A stretch of 64,000 nt of DNA, from IMG/VR virus record IMGVR_UViG_3300011242_000002, positions 64,001-128,000 of that record, one strand, 5' to 3'. How positions within the stretch are numbered: position 1 is the first letter of the stretch; every line of letters begins with the position of its first letter. A program made the translations under genes and the position numbers. This document shows, piece after piece, positions 44,590 through 52,671 of the stretch. Origin of the DNA: a virus (Duplodnaviria > Caudoviricetes). Under the pieces are notes generated by a model. It was not told the origin of the DNA. It ran no database searches and saw nothing but the letters and a program-made list of their open reading frames with translations.

Positions 44590-45978
44590 ATGAGCTTATC
44601 TTTTGGTGACGTCATCGAGCAATCAAAGCCGATTCGTCCGATGCTGAACATTGGCGCGGGCTTTGATATCCCGACGGGTTCGTACCGTCTGGGTAAGCAT
44701 GGTGAATCGATTCTCAACGGCGGTCTTGCACCTTTCACCGCCATCGTGGGAAAAGGGAACACCTTTAAAACCGCCATCGCCATGTTTATGATGGGTCGCG
44801 TGCTGGAGCGCTACAGCAACGCCAACGGTCTACACTACGACACCGAGTGTACCTTTAGCCCGGACCGTATTCTCAGCCTGATGAGCCACCTCGACCCGGG
44901 TATCGCTCAAAGCTGGCTGGACAGCGGGCGCATCTACCTGACCGACGACTCAATTGCAAAAGGCAACGAGTGGTTCAAACAGACGGTACAGAACTACGGG
45001 GAGATGAAGAAGAAAGACAAGGGGTCGATCGGCCATCTGCCGTTTGTCGATTCCAAGGGCAACCCGATTCCGTACCACTATCCGACCGTGAACATCGCCG
45101 ACTCCATGTCCGAGATGAAGTTCAACGACCTGGAGAAGAACTACGCCAAGATGGAAATCGGTCAGGGTGAGATGCAGACCGAAGCCATGCGCGTGTCGAA
45201 CGCCAAGCGTATGCTGATTGAGAAGACCCAGGGTTACGCCAACGCCGGTGGTCTGTACGTGCTGATGACGGCACACCTCGGTAAAGACCTAAACATGGAT
45301 GGCAAGCCGCAAGAGAAGAAAATGACCTTCATGAAGCAGGGTGATAAAATCTCTAAAGTGCCGACCCAGATCATGTCCTTGCCGAACAACGCCTGGGAGA
45401 TTTCCACCGGGACCGTGCTGATTAACCGCGACACCAAGGAGTGGATGTATCCCAAACCGGGTGATGTGGAAACCGCCGGTAACCCGGATCTACTGACCCT
45501 GGTGGCGAAGAACCTGCGCGGGAAGAACGGCCCGTCTGGTGTGCCGTGGGAGTTTGTGATGTCACAGGCTGAAGGTCTGCTGCCGTCCTTGACCGAGTTC
45601 AACCACATCAAATCCTGTAACCGCTACGGCCTTGGTGGTAACGACCGTAATTATTATGTTGAACTGCTGCCGGACGTGAAGCTGATGCGCACCACGGTAC
45701 GCGGTAAGATCGACGACACGCCGGAACTGCGTCGTGCGTTGGAAATCACGATGGAGATGTGCCAGATGCGTTACCTGTGGCACACCCGCGATCCAAAGTA
45801 CAACATAACGCCGGAAGAGCTGCGTGTTGGGCTGGAGAAGAAAGGGTATAAGTGGGACGTCCTGCTGAACACCCGTGGCTTCTGGACGTTTGAGGAAGAC
45901 AACCATCCTCTGCCGTTCTTAAGCACCATGGACCTGCTTCGCATGTACCATGACGAGTACCGTCCGTATTGGATGTAA
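44590..45978 (+). CDS. uvsX: UvsX/RecA-like recombinase
   Basis: NIGAGFDIPTG, Walker A GKGNTFKT, YDTE, Walker B IADSMSE; phiKZ-type context. Confidence 0.85.
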   Translation: MSLSFGDVIEQSKPIRPMLNIGAGFDIPTGSYRLGKHGESILNGGLAPFTAIVGKGNTFKTAIAMFMMGRVLERYSNANGLHYDTECTFSPDRILSLMSHLDPGIAQSWLDSGRIYLTDDSIAKGNEWFKQTVQNYGEMKKKDKGSIGHLPFVDSKGNPIPYHYPTVNIADSMSEMKFNDLEKNYAKMEIGQGEMQTEAMRVSNAKRMLIEKTQGYANAGGLYVLMTAHLGKDLNMDGKPQEKKMTFMKQGDKISKVPTQIMSLPNNAWEISTGTVLINRDTKEWMYPKPGDVETAGNPDLLTLVAKNLRGKNGPSGVPWEFVMSQAEGLLPSLTEFNHIKSCNRYGLGGNDRNYYVELLPDVKLMRTTVRGKIDDTPELRRALEITMEMCQMRYLWHTRDPKYNITPEELRVGLEKKGYKWDVLLNTRGFWTFEEDNHPLPFLSTMDLLRMYHDEYRPYWM

Positions 45979-46069
45979 TGTTGTCCGTGCGCTAACCGGG
46001 GTGGTGAAAACCGCCCCACTTATTACGCCGGTTGGGAATAAACGCGTTCGTAGAGTTGGGAAAACTACT

Positions 46070-46486
46070 ATGTTAAAGAAAGAGGTACGGATAGTCGTTG
46101 CCGGCGACAAGGGGTTCCACAACAAGGATCGCCTGAGGTTGGCACTCGACAAGCTGATTGCGGATATCTTCGTAATCAACGACGGAGTGTCCGAGGAGGA
46201 CGAACTGCTGACGAAAGAGCACGTGGTGTTGATCACCAACGGCGAACTTAAAACGCTGGCGGTTGAGGTAAAAGAGTACGCGCTCGAAAACCAGATCGAT
46301 CTGCAGGAGATTCCTGTCGAGTGGGATCGGGGTAAGAAAGCGTTCTTTGATAACTGTGGCATTTTGGGGATGCGTGCTACCCACGCGCTGATCTTCACGA
46401 GCCACAACGATGAAGGCATGAAGACCTTGATCAAAGACTGTTTGGAGCACGGCAGTCGCGTTCGGGTGTTCACCACCGCTACTTAA
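46070..46486 (+). CDS. SLOG (YspA/DUF2493-like) protein, divergent
   Basis: Start moved to ATG 46070; RIVVAGDKGF...LITNG...EYA......IPVEWD.GKKA...THALIF....GMK. Confidence 0.65.
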   Translation: MLKKEVRIVVAGDKGFHNKDRLRLALDKLIADIFVINDGVSEEDELLTKEHVVLITNGELKTLAVEVKEYALENQIDLQEIPVEWDRGKKAFFDNCGILGMRATHALIFTSHNDEGMKTLIKDCLEHGSRVRVFTTAT

Positions 46487-46495
46487 GGATTCACC

Positions 46496-47773
46496 ATGAT
46501 CGTTTCGGAATCACACATCGGCATTCTGGATGTTAAAGTCAGCCACGTCATCTGCACCGTCAATACCGAAGGGCACATGGGTCGCGGTATCGCGCTTTAT
46601 CTCAAGAAGTGTATTCCCGGTCTCTACGACGCCTACCGTGTGCAGTGCAAACAAAAACAATTACTGGTCAACACGTTATGGGTTTACGAGAACAGCGAAC
46701 CGAAAATTCTTTGCTTCCCGACGAAAGACAAGACTTGGGAAGACAGCCGGTTGGAATGGATAGAAGCCAACCTGCACACGCTGCGTGATACTTATCGGGA
46801 ACGGGGTATCACGAGTGTTGCTATGCCACCGCTCGGCTGTGGCAACGGTAACCTTGAATGGGCGTCCGTGCGGGCGCTCATTTATGCCATTTTGGGGGAT
46901 TGTGATCTGCAGGTGCACCTCTGTTTAGGGCGCAAGCTCCCGGTGCCGGCAGAGGACAATCAGTCCCACATCAACATCTGGACGAAGAGCGCCAGCTGGC
47001 TAGGTCGCCAGCTCAGCAACCTGTCTAAGCTCGGCTTTCTGCACGAAGACCACGGGTGGTTTGAGTGTTTAGAAGGCTACTGGTATTGGCTGGCCACCGG
47101 CTGCAAGCATGACCAGTTTAAGCAAATGAGCGGCTTTGAAGCAAAAGGCGTGGGTTCCAAGATGGAGCGTATCGAGATGCCGGACTTCCAGGCACGCTTT
47201 AAAGAAGGCATGCGTCTGCGCTTAGAACAGCATCCCCAGCTGCGTCACGCCCTGCTGGAATCAACCCTGCCCTTTGAGCACTACTACGTGTACGGCAACG
47301 ATGTGGTACGCGACTTGAAGCAACGTCATCAATGGCAGCTGGACTTCTATGACGACTACCGGAAGACGGCACAACTGGATCATAACGTTATGAATATATT
47401 AATTGCAGGGGGTCGGGGGTTCAACAACTACGTGGTGTTTAAGCATGTGGTGACAGAACAACTCGCTCATTTTGAAACACCGTTCGATCGTGACTACGAC
47501 ATCAACATCGTTACCGGTTTAGCGCACAGCGGGCCGGATAACATGGCGATTCAGTACGCCCGTGAGACCGGCTGTCAGTTAACGGGTTGGCCAGCATTGT
47601 GGGACAAATACCAGAAGCGGGCGGGGATGATTCGCAACCACCACATGAGCAAGCAAGATCTGCATTACGCCATCATCTTCTGGGACGGGGAAAGCCACGG
47701 CACCAAGAACATGATTGAGCTCCTCGTCAAGAATGATATAGCTCATTTTGTCTATATCTATCCCAAGGAGTAA
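46496..47773 (+). CDS. Tri-domain protein: DarG-like macrodomain + NADAR-like domain + SLOG (YspA-like) domain
   Basis: Macro: VNTEGHMGRGIA, FPTK..W, AMPPLGCGNG.LEW. NADAR-like: LGRQLSN, F.CLEGYW, EAK..G, QHPQLRHALLES. SLOG: ILIAGGRGF, IVTG.A.GPD, PA.WD.Y..RAG.IRN..M, FWDG.S.GTKNMI. Confidence 0.82.
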   Translation: MIVSESHIGILDVKVSHVICTVNTEGHMGRGIALYLKKCIPGLYDAYRVQCKQKQLLVNTLWVYENSEPKILCFPTKDKTWEDSRLEWIEANLHTLRDTYRERGITSVAMPPLGCGNGNLEWASVRALIYAILGDCDLQVHLCLGRKLPVPAEDNQSHINIWTKSASWLGRQLSNLSKLGFLHEDHGWFECLEGYWYWLATGCKHDQFKQMSGFEAKGVGSKMERIEMPDFQARFKEGMRLRLEQHPQLRHALLESTLPFEHYYVYGNDVVRDLKQRHQWQLDFYDDYRKTAQLDHNVMNILIAGGRGFNNYVVFKHVVTEQLAHFETPFDRDYDINIVTGLAHSGPDNMAIQYARETGCQLTGWPALWDKYQKRAGMIRNHHMSKQDLHYAIIFWDGESHGTKNMIELLVKNDIAHFVYIYPKE

Positions 47774-47778
47774 GCCGT

Positions 47779-48447
47779 ATGAACGCAGCACGTGAAGCCG
47801 TAGAATCCTACCTGTTAGGTGCAATGGCGCAGATCATGGACGGGAACAAGAACCCGGAGATCTACAAGGACTTCTTTGCCCGGCTAGACGACGACCAGTT
47901 TGAGGTACTGATGGTTCGCATGGAAAAGGACGGTGAATCCTTCCCGTTCTATCACCCGAACTTCACCGGCAAGAACATTGATCTGGAGCACCTGATTGGG
48001 CTGATTACCCAGGAAGGCGGGGCTTTCATGGAACAGATTCACATGGTCGACTTTGAAACCGGGCAGAAGTTCCTGACGCCGATCAAGTACCCGATTCTGC
48101 GTTTGCCGCTGCGTATTCAGCAGCAGAAGCTGCAAAAGAAAATGTCGGTGCCAAAGGACAACAAGCACGTCGACGACCTCACCGGGCAGCCGACTACCGA
48201 ATCCAAGGGCTCGGCGATCTCGTACCCGGAGATTCAAATTCTTTACGCCATGGGTCTGAACAAAACCATGCAGGAGCTGCTGAAGGTGCGTGGCGGTGAC
48301 GAGAAGGCCTATCGGGAATACAACAACGAAATCATTGCGACCGGGGGTGTTAACGTCGGCGTAATCGCCAGCCAGAAGACCAAGGTCAAATCCGGCAAGA
48401 CGGTGGGCGCCATCCTGACCGCAATGATGCTGAGCAACAACCTGTAG
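47779..48447 (+). CDS. Virion RNA polymerase beta-like subunit, C-terminal fragment (phiKZ gp149-type)
   Basis: KKMS...VDDLTGQP...KGSAISYPEIQIL.A.G...T.QELLKVRGGD corresponds to the RNAP beta C-terminal 'T.QP..GK....GEME...L.A.G....L.E....KSDD' region. Confidence 0.8.
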   Translation: MNAAREAVESYLLGAMAQIMDGNKNPEIYKDFFARLDDDQFEVLMVRMEKDGESFPFYHPNFTGKNIDLEHLIGLITQEGGAFMEQIHMVDFETGQKFLTPIKYPILRLPLRIQQQKLQKKMSVPKDNKHVDDLTGQPTTESKGSAISYPEIQILYAMGLNKTMQELLKVRGGDEKAYREYNNEIIATGGVNVGVIASQKTKVKSGKTVGAILTAMMLSNNL

Positions 48448-48457
48448 TGAGGGAGTC

Positions 48458-49054
48458 ATGGCAAATAAACTAACCGGCTTTATCGACGCGCTGGCCAAGA
48501 TCGCCAAGCCCGGCGAGCTGCCGATTCTGGAAATGGATGCTGCCGCCCAAGAGGTTACCGAAGAGTTCCTGCGGGTGTGGCTGACCGCGCGTATTCGCCA
48601 CAACAAAGCCATGAACCGTCAGATCAAAGACGACAAGATCTACGGCGAGGTTGTGGGATACATGGTGGAACTTAACTCGGCGTTCTTCTTCCCACGCATG
48701 TGGACCGCGGCAGGGATTAAGGAGACCATCACCCGGCCGCTTGATGAGAACCAGGACCTGCTGGAGTTCGTCTACCGCGGCGGTGCGACCCTGTACGCCA
48801 AGATCTTTGGCAAGTCGACCGACGCCGCCAACCAGTCGTTCCAGGGGTTGACGAAACACCTGTGCGACAGCCTGTGTCTGATGTCAAGCAACAACGAGCA
48901 TAACCTGATCAACGAAGGTCACCGCTCGGTGTTCCCGACCTACACCGAAACCCTGGCGTTGTTTACCCACAACCCCTGGCTGGTGTTTATCTACTATTTG
49001 TGTCGGGTGGACATCTTTGAACTGGTTACTGCCGAAAAAGGAGCCGTGAAGTGA
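48458..49054 (+). CDS. Conserved jumbo-phage hypothetical protein
   Basis: GGGAG RBS; core operon. Confidence 0.7.
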   Translation: MANKLTGFIDALAKIAKPGELPILEMDAAAQEVTEEFLRVWLTARIRHNKAMNRQIKDDKIYGEVVGYMVELNSAFFFPRMWTAAGIKETITRPLDENQDLLEFVYRGGATLYAKIFGKSTDAANQSFQGLTKHLCDSLCLMSSNNEHNLINEGHRSVFPTYTETLALFTHNPWLVFIYYLCRVDIFELVTAEKGAVK

Positions 49055-49776
49055 GTGAGAACATTACCTGCCTGGTGTCGCTGGACGTCCTGATGGATAC
49101 CCGGCTGGCCACCATTCGGCGGATGAACGAAGAGCAGTCGCAGCTGATCCAGGCCAACTGGTACCACAAGCGCACCGTGGACCGCTTTGACCGCAAGGGG
49201 GCAAATGTCAACCAGGCGGCGTACGAAGCGTTGTATGCAGCCCGTGACGAGGACACGCTAAAGCTGGCGTTCATGACCCAGCTACCGAAGTATCTGATGA
49301 CGCTGATTGCCCGGCTGACCACCACCCAGGGGATGCCGCTGCTGTCCCAGCAGTTTAAGATCGACATAAACCTCTTCCCCTACCAGCTCGCTGAGCCGGT
49401 AAAGGAATCGATTCGTTCAGCGATTGAAACCTACACCAACGGCGCCGCCGAGATTAACCTGGTGGATTACGCCCCGGAAGAGCTTACGGTCCAGCTGATC
49501 AAAAACAGCTACGCCATCTGCTTTATGTATGACTTCAACGAATGGCTGATGCATCATACCGAAGAGTTCAAGCAAACCACGATGCCGGAAGTACGGATGG
49601 TGGTGCCCCGGCTGTACCTGAAGGATGCCCCCAGCGAACTGCTGAAAAAGGTGGATGCCGAAGAGTACGTTTGGGAACAGATGAGCCTGATGTTTGTCGG
49701 GCTGGTCGGGGTGGTGTTCATGGACGTGAACCTGTTCTCCATTGTCACCGATAACGAACCCGACCTCGACCCGTAG
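49051..49776 (+). CDS. Conserved jumbo-phage hypothetical protein
   Basis: GTGA overlap; LVSLDVLMDTRL N-terminus. Confidence 0.7.
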   Translation: MSENITCLVSLDVLMDTRLATIRRMNEEQSQLIQANWYHKRTVDRFDRKGANVNQAAYEALYAARDEDTLKLAFMTQLPKYLMTLIARLTTTQGMPLLSQQFKIDINLFPYQLAEPVKESIRSAIETYTNGAAEINLVDYAPEELTVQLIKNSYAICFMYDFNEWLMHHTEEFKQTTMPEVRMVVPRLYLKDAPSELLKKVDAEEYVWEQMSLMFVGLVGVVFMDVNLFSIVTDNEPDLDP

Positions 49777-50223
49777 TTATTTGTTCTTGTTCATGATGTC
49801 GTCGTACTCGATGTGTTCCACGCCGATATGCGACTCCTGCTCGGAGATGGTGGTGGTAGGCAGGTTACCCAGTTGTGGTGTAGGGGCGGCAGGGGCGTTG
49901 GCGTTGTTACTGCCGGTGCCGTCGGCCAGCATCATGCCACCGCCGTCCATGACACGGTTGATCAAGCCACCGATGGTGCGCTGGAATTCGCCTTCGTTCT
50001 CAGCGGTCTGCTTATCCAGCTCCAGGCGACGCTGTTTCTGAATCGAGTTATCCACCCCGTCCATGGCCGAGAGCGCTACCCGCAGCATTTTCGGGTCTTT
50101 GTCGATGACGCGCTCTGCAGGGTTCTCCGCGGGCGCGTCCATAACGCCGGTGATGATCTTCATGCGGTAGTTCTGCATTTTTTGAATCAACACGTCATCG
50201 CTGTCGAGCGTATTCTGACTCAT
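49777..50223 (-). CDS. Hypothetical protein
   Basis: GGAGG RBS; stop abuts the convergent gene. Confidence 0.7.
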   Translation of the reverse strand: MSQNTLDSDDVLIQKMQNYRMKIITGVMDAPAENPAERVIDKDPKMLRVALSAMDGVDNSIQKQRRLELDKQTAENEGEFQRTIGGLINRVMDGGGMMLADGTGSNNANAPAAPTPQLGNLPTTTISEQESHIGVEHIEYDDIMNKNK

Positions 50224-50246
50224 ACTTCCTCCAAGAATTTTCAGGA

Positions 50247-50264
50247 CTATATTACTAAGGTGAA
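50247..50264 (+). promoter_or_regulatory. phiKZ-type early promoter
   Basis: CTATATTACTAAGGTGAA in a divergent intergenic region. Confidence 0.7.
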
Positions 50265-50289
50265 TGTGGAACTGAATTAAGGACTATCC

Positions 50290-50814
50290 ATGCGGTTCTT
50301 AAAGCGCTTTTTATTAAACCGTCTGCTTTCTGGTTTAGAGAACGCACGATGCGATAATTATAAAATGGAAGATGGCCTGCGGGCACTGGGCGCACTGCGC
50401 AAGGTTATCAATAGCGACAATCCCATAGAATACTTTAGCGTTCGCAAGATGTTAGACGTGCGAATGCGAGTACAGACCCACTGTGCAAACCACCTGCTGA
50501 TCACCCTTACGGAGATCAACAATGGTCTTGTCGGTGAGTCGTCGTCACTCCCGGAACCCCGGATCTTGTACCGGTTCTTGCAAGAGAGCCGCGACCTGAC
50601 GCTGTATGACTGGCTGGTCGATGAGGACAACAACGTGCTCGCGGTACCCGAGTACTATGCGGCCCTCACCACCCAGCTCAATCTGCTGTGTGATCTGGTG
50701 TTCCAGATGGAGGACATCGATCGTGACTACGTCCTGCGCAAACTCACTCCGCTGTACACGGAGCTGTTGGTGGTGTTCGCTGCCACCCTGGACTGTAGCT
50801 TACGAAGTATCTGA
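50290..50814 (+). CDS. Hypothetical protein
   Basis: TAAGGA RBS. Confidence 0.7.
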   Translation: MRFLKRFLLNRLLSGLENARCDNYKMEDGLRALGALRKVINSDNPIEYFSVRKMLDVRMRVQTHCANHLLITLTEINNGLVGESSSLPEPRILYRFLQESRDLTLYDWLVDEDNNVLAVPEYYAALTTQLNLLCDLVFQMEDIDRDYVLRKLTPLYTELLVVFAATLDCSLRSI

Positions 50815-50828
50815 AGGAGCATAACCCG

Positions 50829-51299
50829 TTGGACAAAAAGAAACCAAAAGAGAAGATGGAGGAGCTGCTTACTGACCCCAGTAAGAAAAGCTTTTCCACC
50901 TCGCACTATCTCTTGCGGCTGTGGCGTGAGTTCCTAGCGGCTGAGCAAGTTACACCCTCCAAGTGGACGCGCTTGGTAGCCAGCCACGTTGCTAAGCTAC
51001 GGCAGGTCAAGAGCATGAGTGCGCAGGACATTGGTACGGCACGCGGTAACCTGGTGAAGGTCTTCATCGAGAAACCGACCATGTCGTTCCAGGCGTTGAT
51101 CCGAGGTATGGAGTTTTTAGAATTCACCTCGGTAAAGATTGAGATCACCGGTACGCGACCGGATGGGACCAAGATTACCAACTCCACGACAATTCCGTTA
51201 GTGAAGCGTCGGATGTTCGGCGAAGCCCCCACAACCACCCCAGAGGAGCCAACGACGTCGGGCCCTTCTGATGATGAGATTGGGGACGAGGAAGAGTAA
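50829..51299 (+). CDS. Hypothetical protein with an acidic tail
   Basis: AAGGAG RBS with TTG start. Confidence 0.7.
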   Translation: MDKKKPKEKMEELLTDPSKKSFSTSHYLLRLWREFLAAEQVTPSKWTRLVASHVAKLRQVKSMSAQDIGTARGNLVKVFIEKPTMSFQALIRGMEFLEFTSVKIEITGTRPDGTKITNSTTIPLVKRRMFGEAPTTTPEEPTTSGPSDDEIGDEEE

Positions 51300-51312
51300 A
51301 ATACTATAGCCG

Positions 51313-51348
51313 GTGGGGAGACGTCCCCACCTCTATCTCTTTTTTTTT
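51313..51348 (+). terminator. Probable intrinsic terminator
   Basis: GTGGGGA-GACG-TCCCCAC then a pyrimidine/T-run. Confidence 0.55.
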
Positions 51349-51366
51349 GGTTTTCGTGGAGGCCGC

Positions 51367-52431
51367 ATGGCTGTTAATATTGAGAACTCGATTGGTCCGG
51401 CGCTTAAGCAGGCCGGCACGGTCTCTACCGGGGCCGTGTCCAAAGCCACGTCGATGTTTACCGCCGGACTAAAGGAAGACGTCGCGCTGGTGAGCACCAC
51501 CACCAAGAAAGGCATTGCCACCCTCAACGCCTTTAAAGACGACCAGATCAGCTCGGTTAACAACTTCATCAAGAAGATCTCAGGGGGTTCGCTGACCATC
51601 AGCGAGCTCAGCAGCTATATCGATATCCGTAACGGCTTTAAGGTCGATTACATGGGGCTCGGTAAGCGCCTGGGTGAGGCTGCCGGGTTCCCGATTGACT
51701 CGGTACTCAATCTGTCAAACGAAATCAAGCAGCAGGCCATGGACCTGCTGGACGCCTACCAGAATAAAAACTACCTGGGGTTATTGAACGCCGCCGGGAT
51801 TCAAATCGACTCGATGGACGGGTCGTACGAAATGGTCAGTATGCTGGCCGACGTGATCAACCGCTACTCGGCAACCGATTCCGATTTCAACGCCATCGTT
51901 GACCGTACGGCACAGACCGCGTTTCTCAACGTAATGTTGCAGTACACGGTATCATCCGGGTTGTGGGAAGGGATTGATACCCTGCTTAATCAGTACACGG
52001 TAAAACAGGATGGATTGGATGCACTGGCCGCCAGCACGGTGTATGCGGTTAACAACGGTGACGTCTATACCGTGCGCGCCTGCATTGACCGGGTCGGGGT
52101 GGCCAAGGTAAAGGCGTTAAACAGTGAACTGGTGACTGAACTGCTGCGCAACTTCCGCTTTAAGTCCGAGACCACCAACGACGAATACCCGAACTACCGC
52201 ACGCGACTGCTCGACATCCTTAACATGGTGGAACCGGGTTGGGACGTGGTGCAGTTTGGTTCGGTAACTGCTAAGCGCCTGGCGCCCTTCACCCAGTGCT
52301 CGACCGACGTGACCACCTTGTTACAATACGACCCTCAGTACCGGGATCAGGTGCTGATGGCGAAAGCCTACCCGGAACAGGCCAAGCTGGATCTACTCAA
52401 GACCAACTACCCCAACCTGGCGCTACTGTAA
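51367..52431 (+). CDS. Conserved hypothetical protein, possibly tail-associated
   Basis: Start moved to ATG 51367 (GGAGG RBS). Confidence 0.7.
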   Translation: MAVNIENSIGPALKQAGTVSTGAVSKATSMFTAGLKEDVALVSTTTKKGIATLNAFKDDQISSVNNFIKKISGGSLTISELSSYIDIRNGFKVDYMGLGKRLGEAAGFPIDSVLNLSNEIKQQAMDLLDAYQNKNYLGLLNAAGIQIDSMDGSYEMVSMLADVINRYSATDSDFNAIVDRTAQTAFLNVMLQYTVSSGLWEGIDTLLNQYTVKQDGLDALAASTVYAVNNGDVYTVRACIDRVGVAKVKALNSELVTELLRNFRFKSETTNDEYPNYRTRLLDILNMVEPGWDVVQFGSVTAKRLAPFTQCSTDVTTLLQYDPQYRDQVLMAKAYPEQAKLDLLKTNYPNLALL

Positions 52432-52434
52432 CCC

Positions 52435-52471
52435 GCATAAGAGGCAGGGGTCACCCCCTGCCCTTATGCCG
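52435..52471. terminator. Convergent-gene hairpin (GCATAA/TTATGC family)
   Basis: GCATAAG-AGGCAGGGG-TCAC-CCCCTGCC-CTTATGCCG. Confidence 0.75.
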
Positions 52472-52473
52472 CC

Positions 52474-52653
52474 CTATTTGCTGTAGATATCACGCACCGC
52501 TTTTTCACTGTTAACAATCGCATCATCTAAGCGATCGTGAATGCGACGTATCGTGTTACGCTGCTTGGTGAGCTCCGAGGACAGAGCACAAACTAGCAAC
52601 ATCAAGAGCGCAATGATAAACGCCATCCCAATAATGATTTCTTGATTGTACAT
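52474..52653 (-). CDS. 59-aa single-TM protein (not in ORF track)
   Basis: GAGGAAG RBS; MYNQEIIIGMAFIIALLMLLVCALSSELTKQRN... Confidence 0.65.
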   Translation of the reverse strand: MYNQEIIIGMAFIIALLMLLVCALSSELTKQRNTIRRIHDRLDDAIVNSEKAVRDIYSK

Positions 52654-52671
52654 CGCGTGCTTCCTCTTCTC

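Noticed and set aside
11155-52471. GCATAA/TTATGC hairpins as a CRISPR array, REP element or transposon ends
   Set aside because: Dispersed single copies with non-conserved stems; no regular spacers, transposase or target-site duplications.
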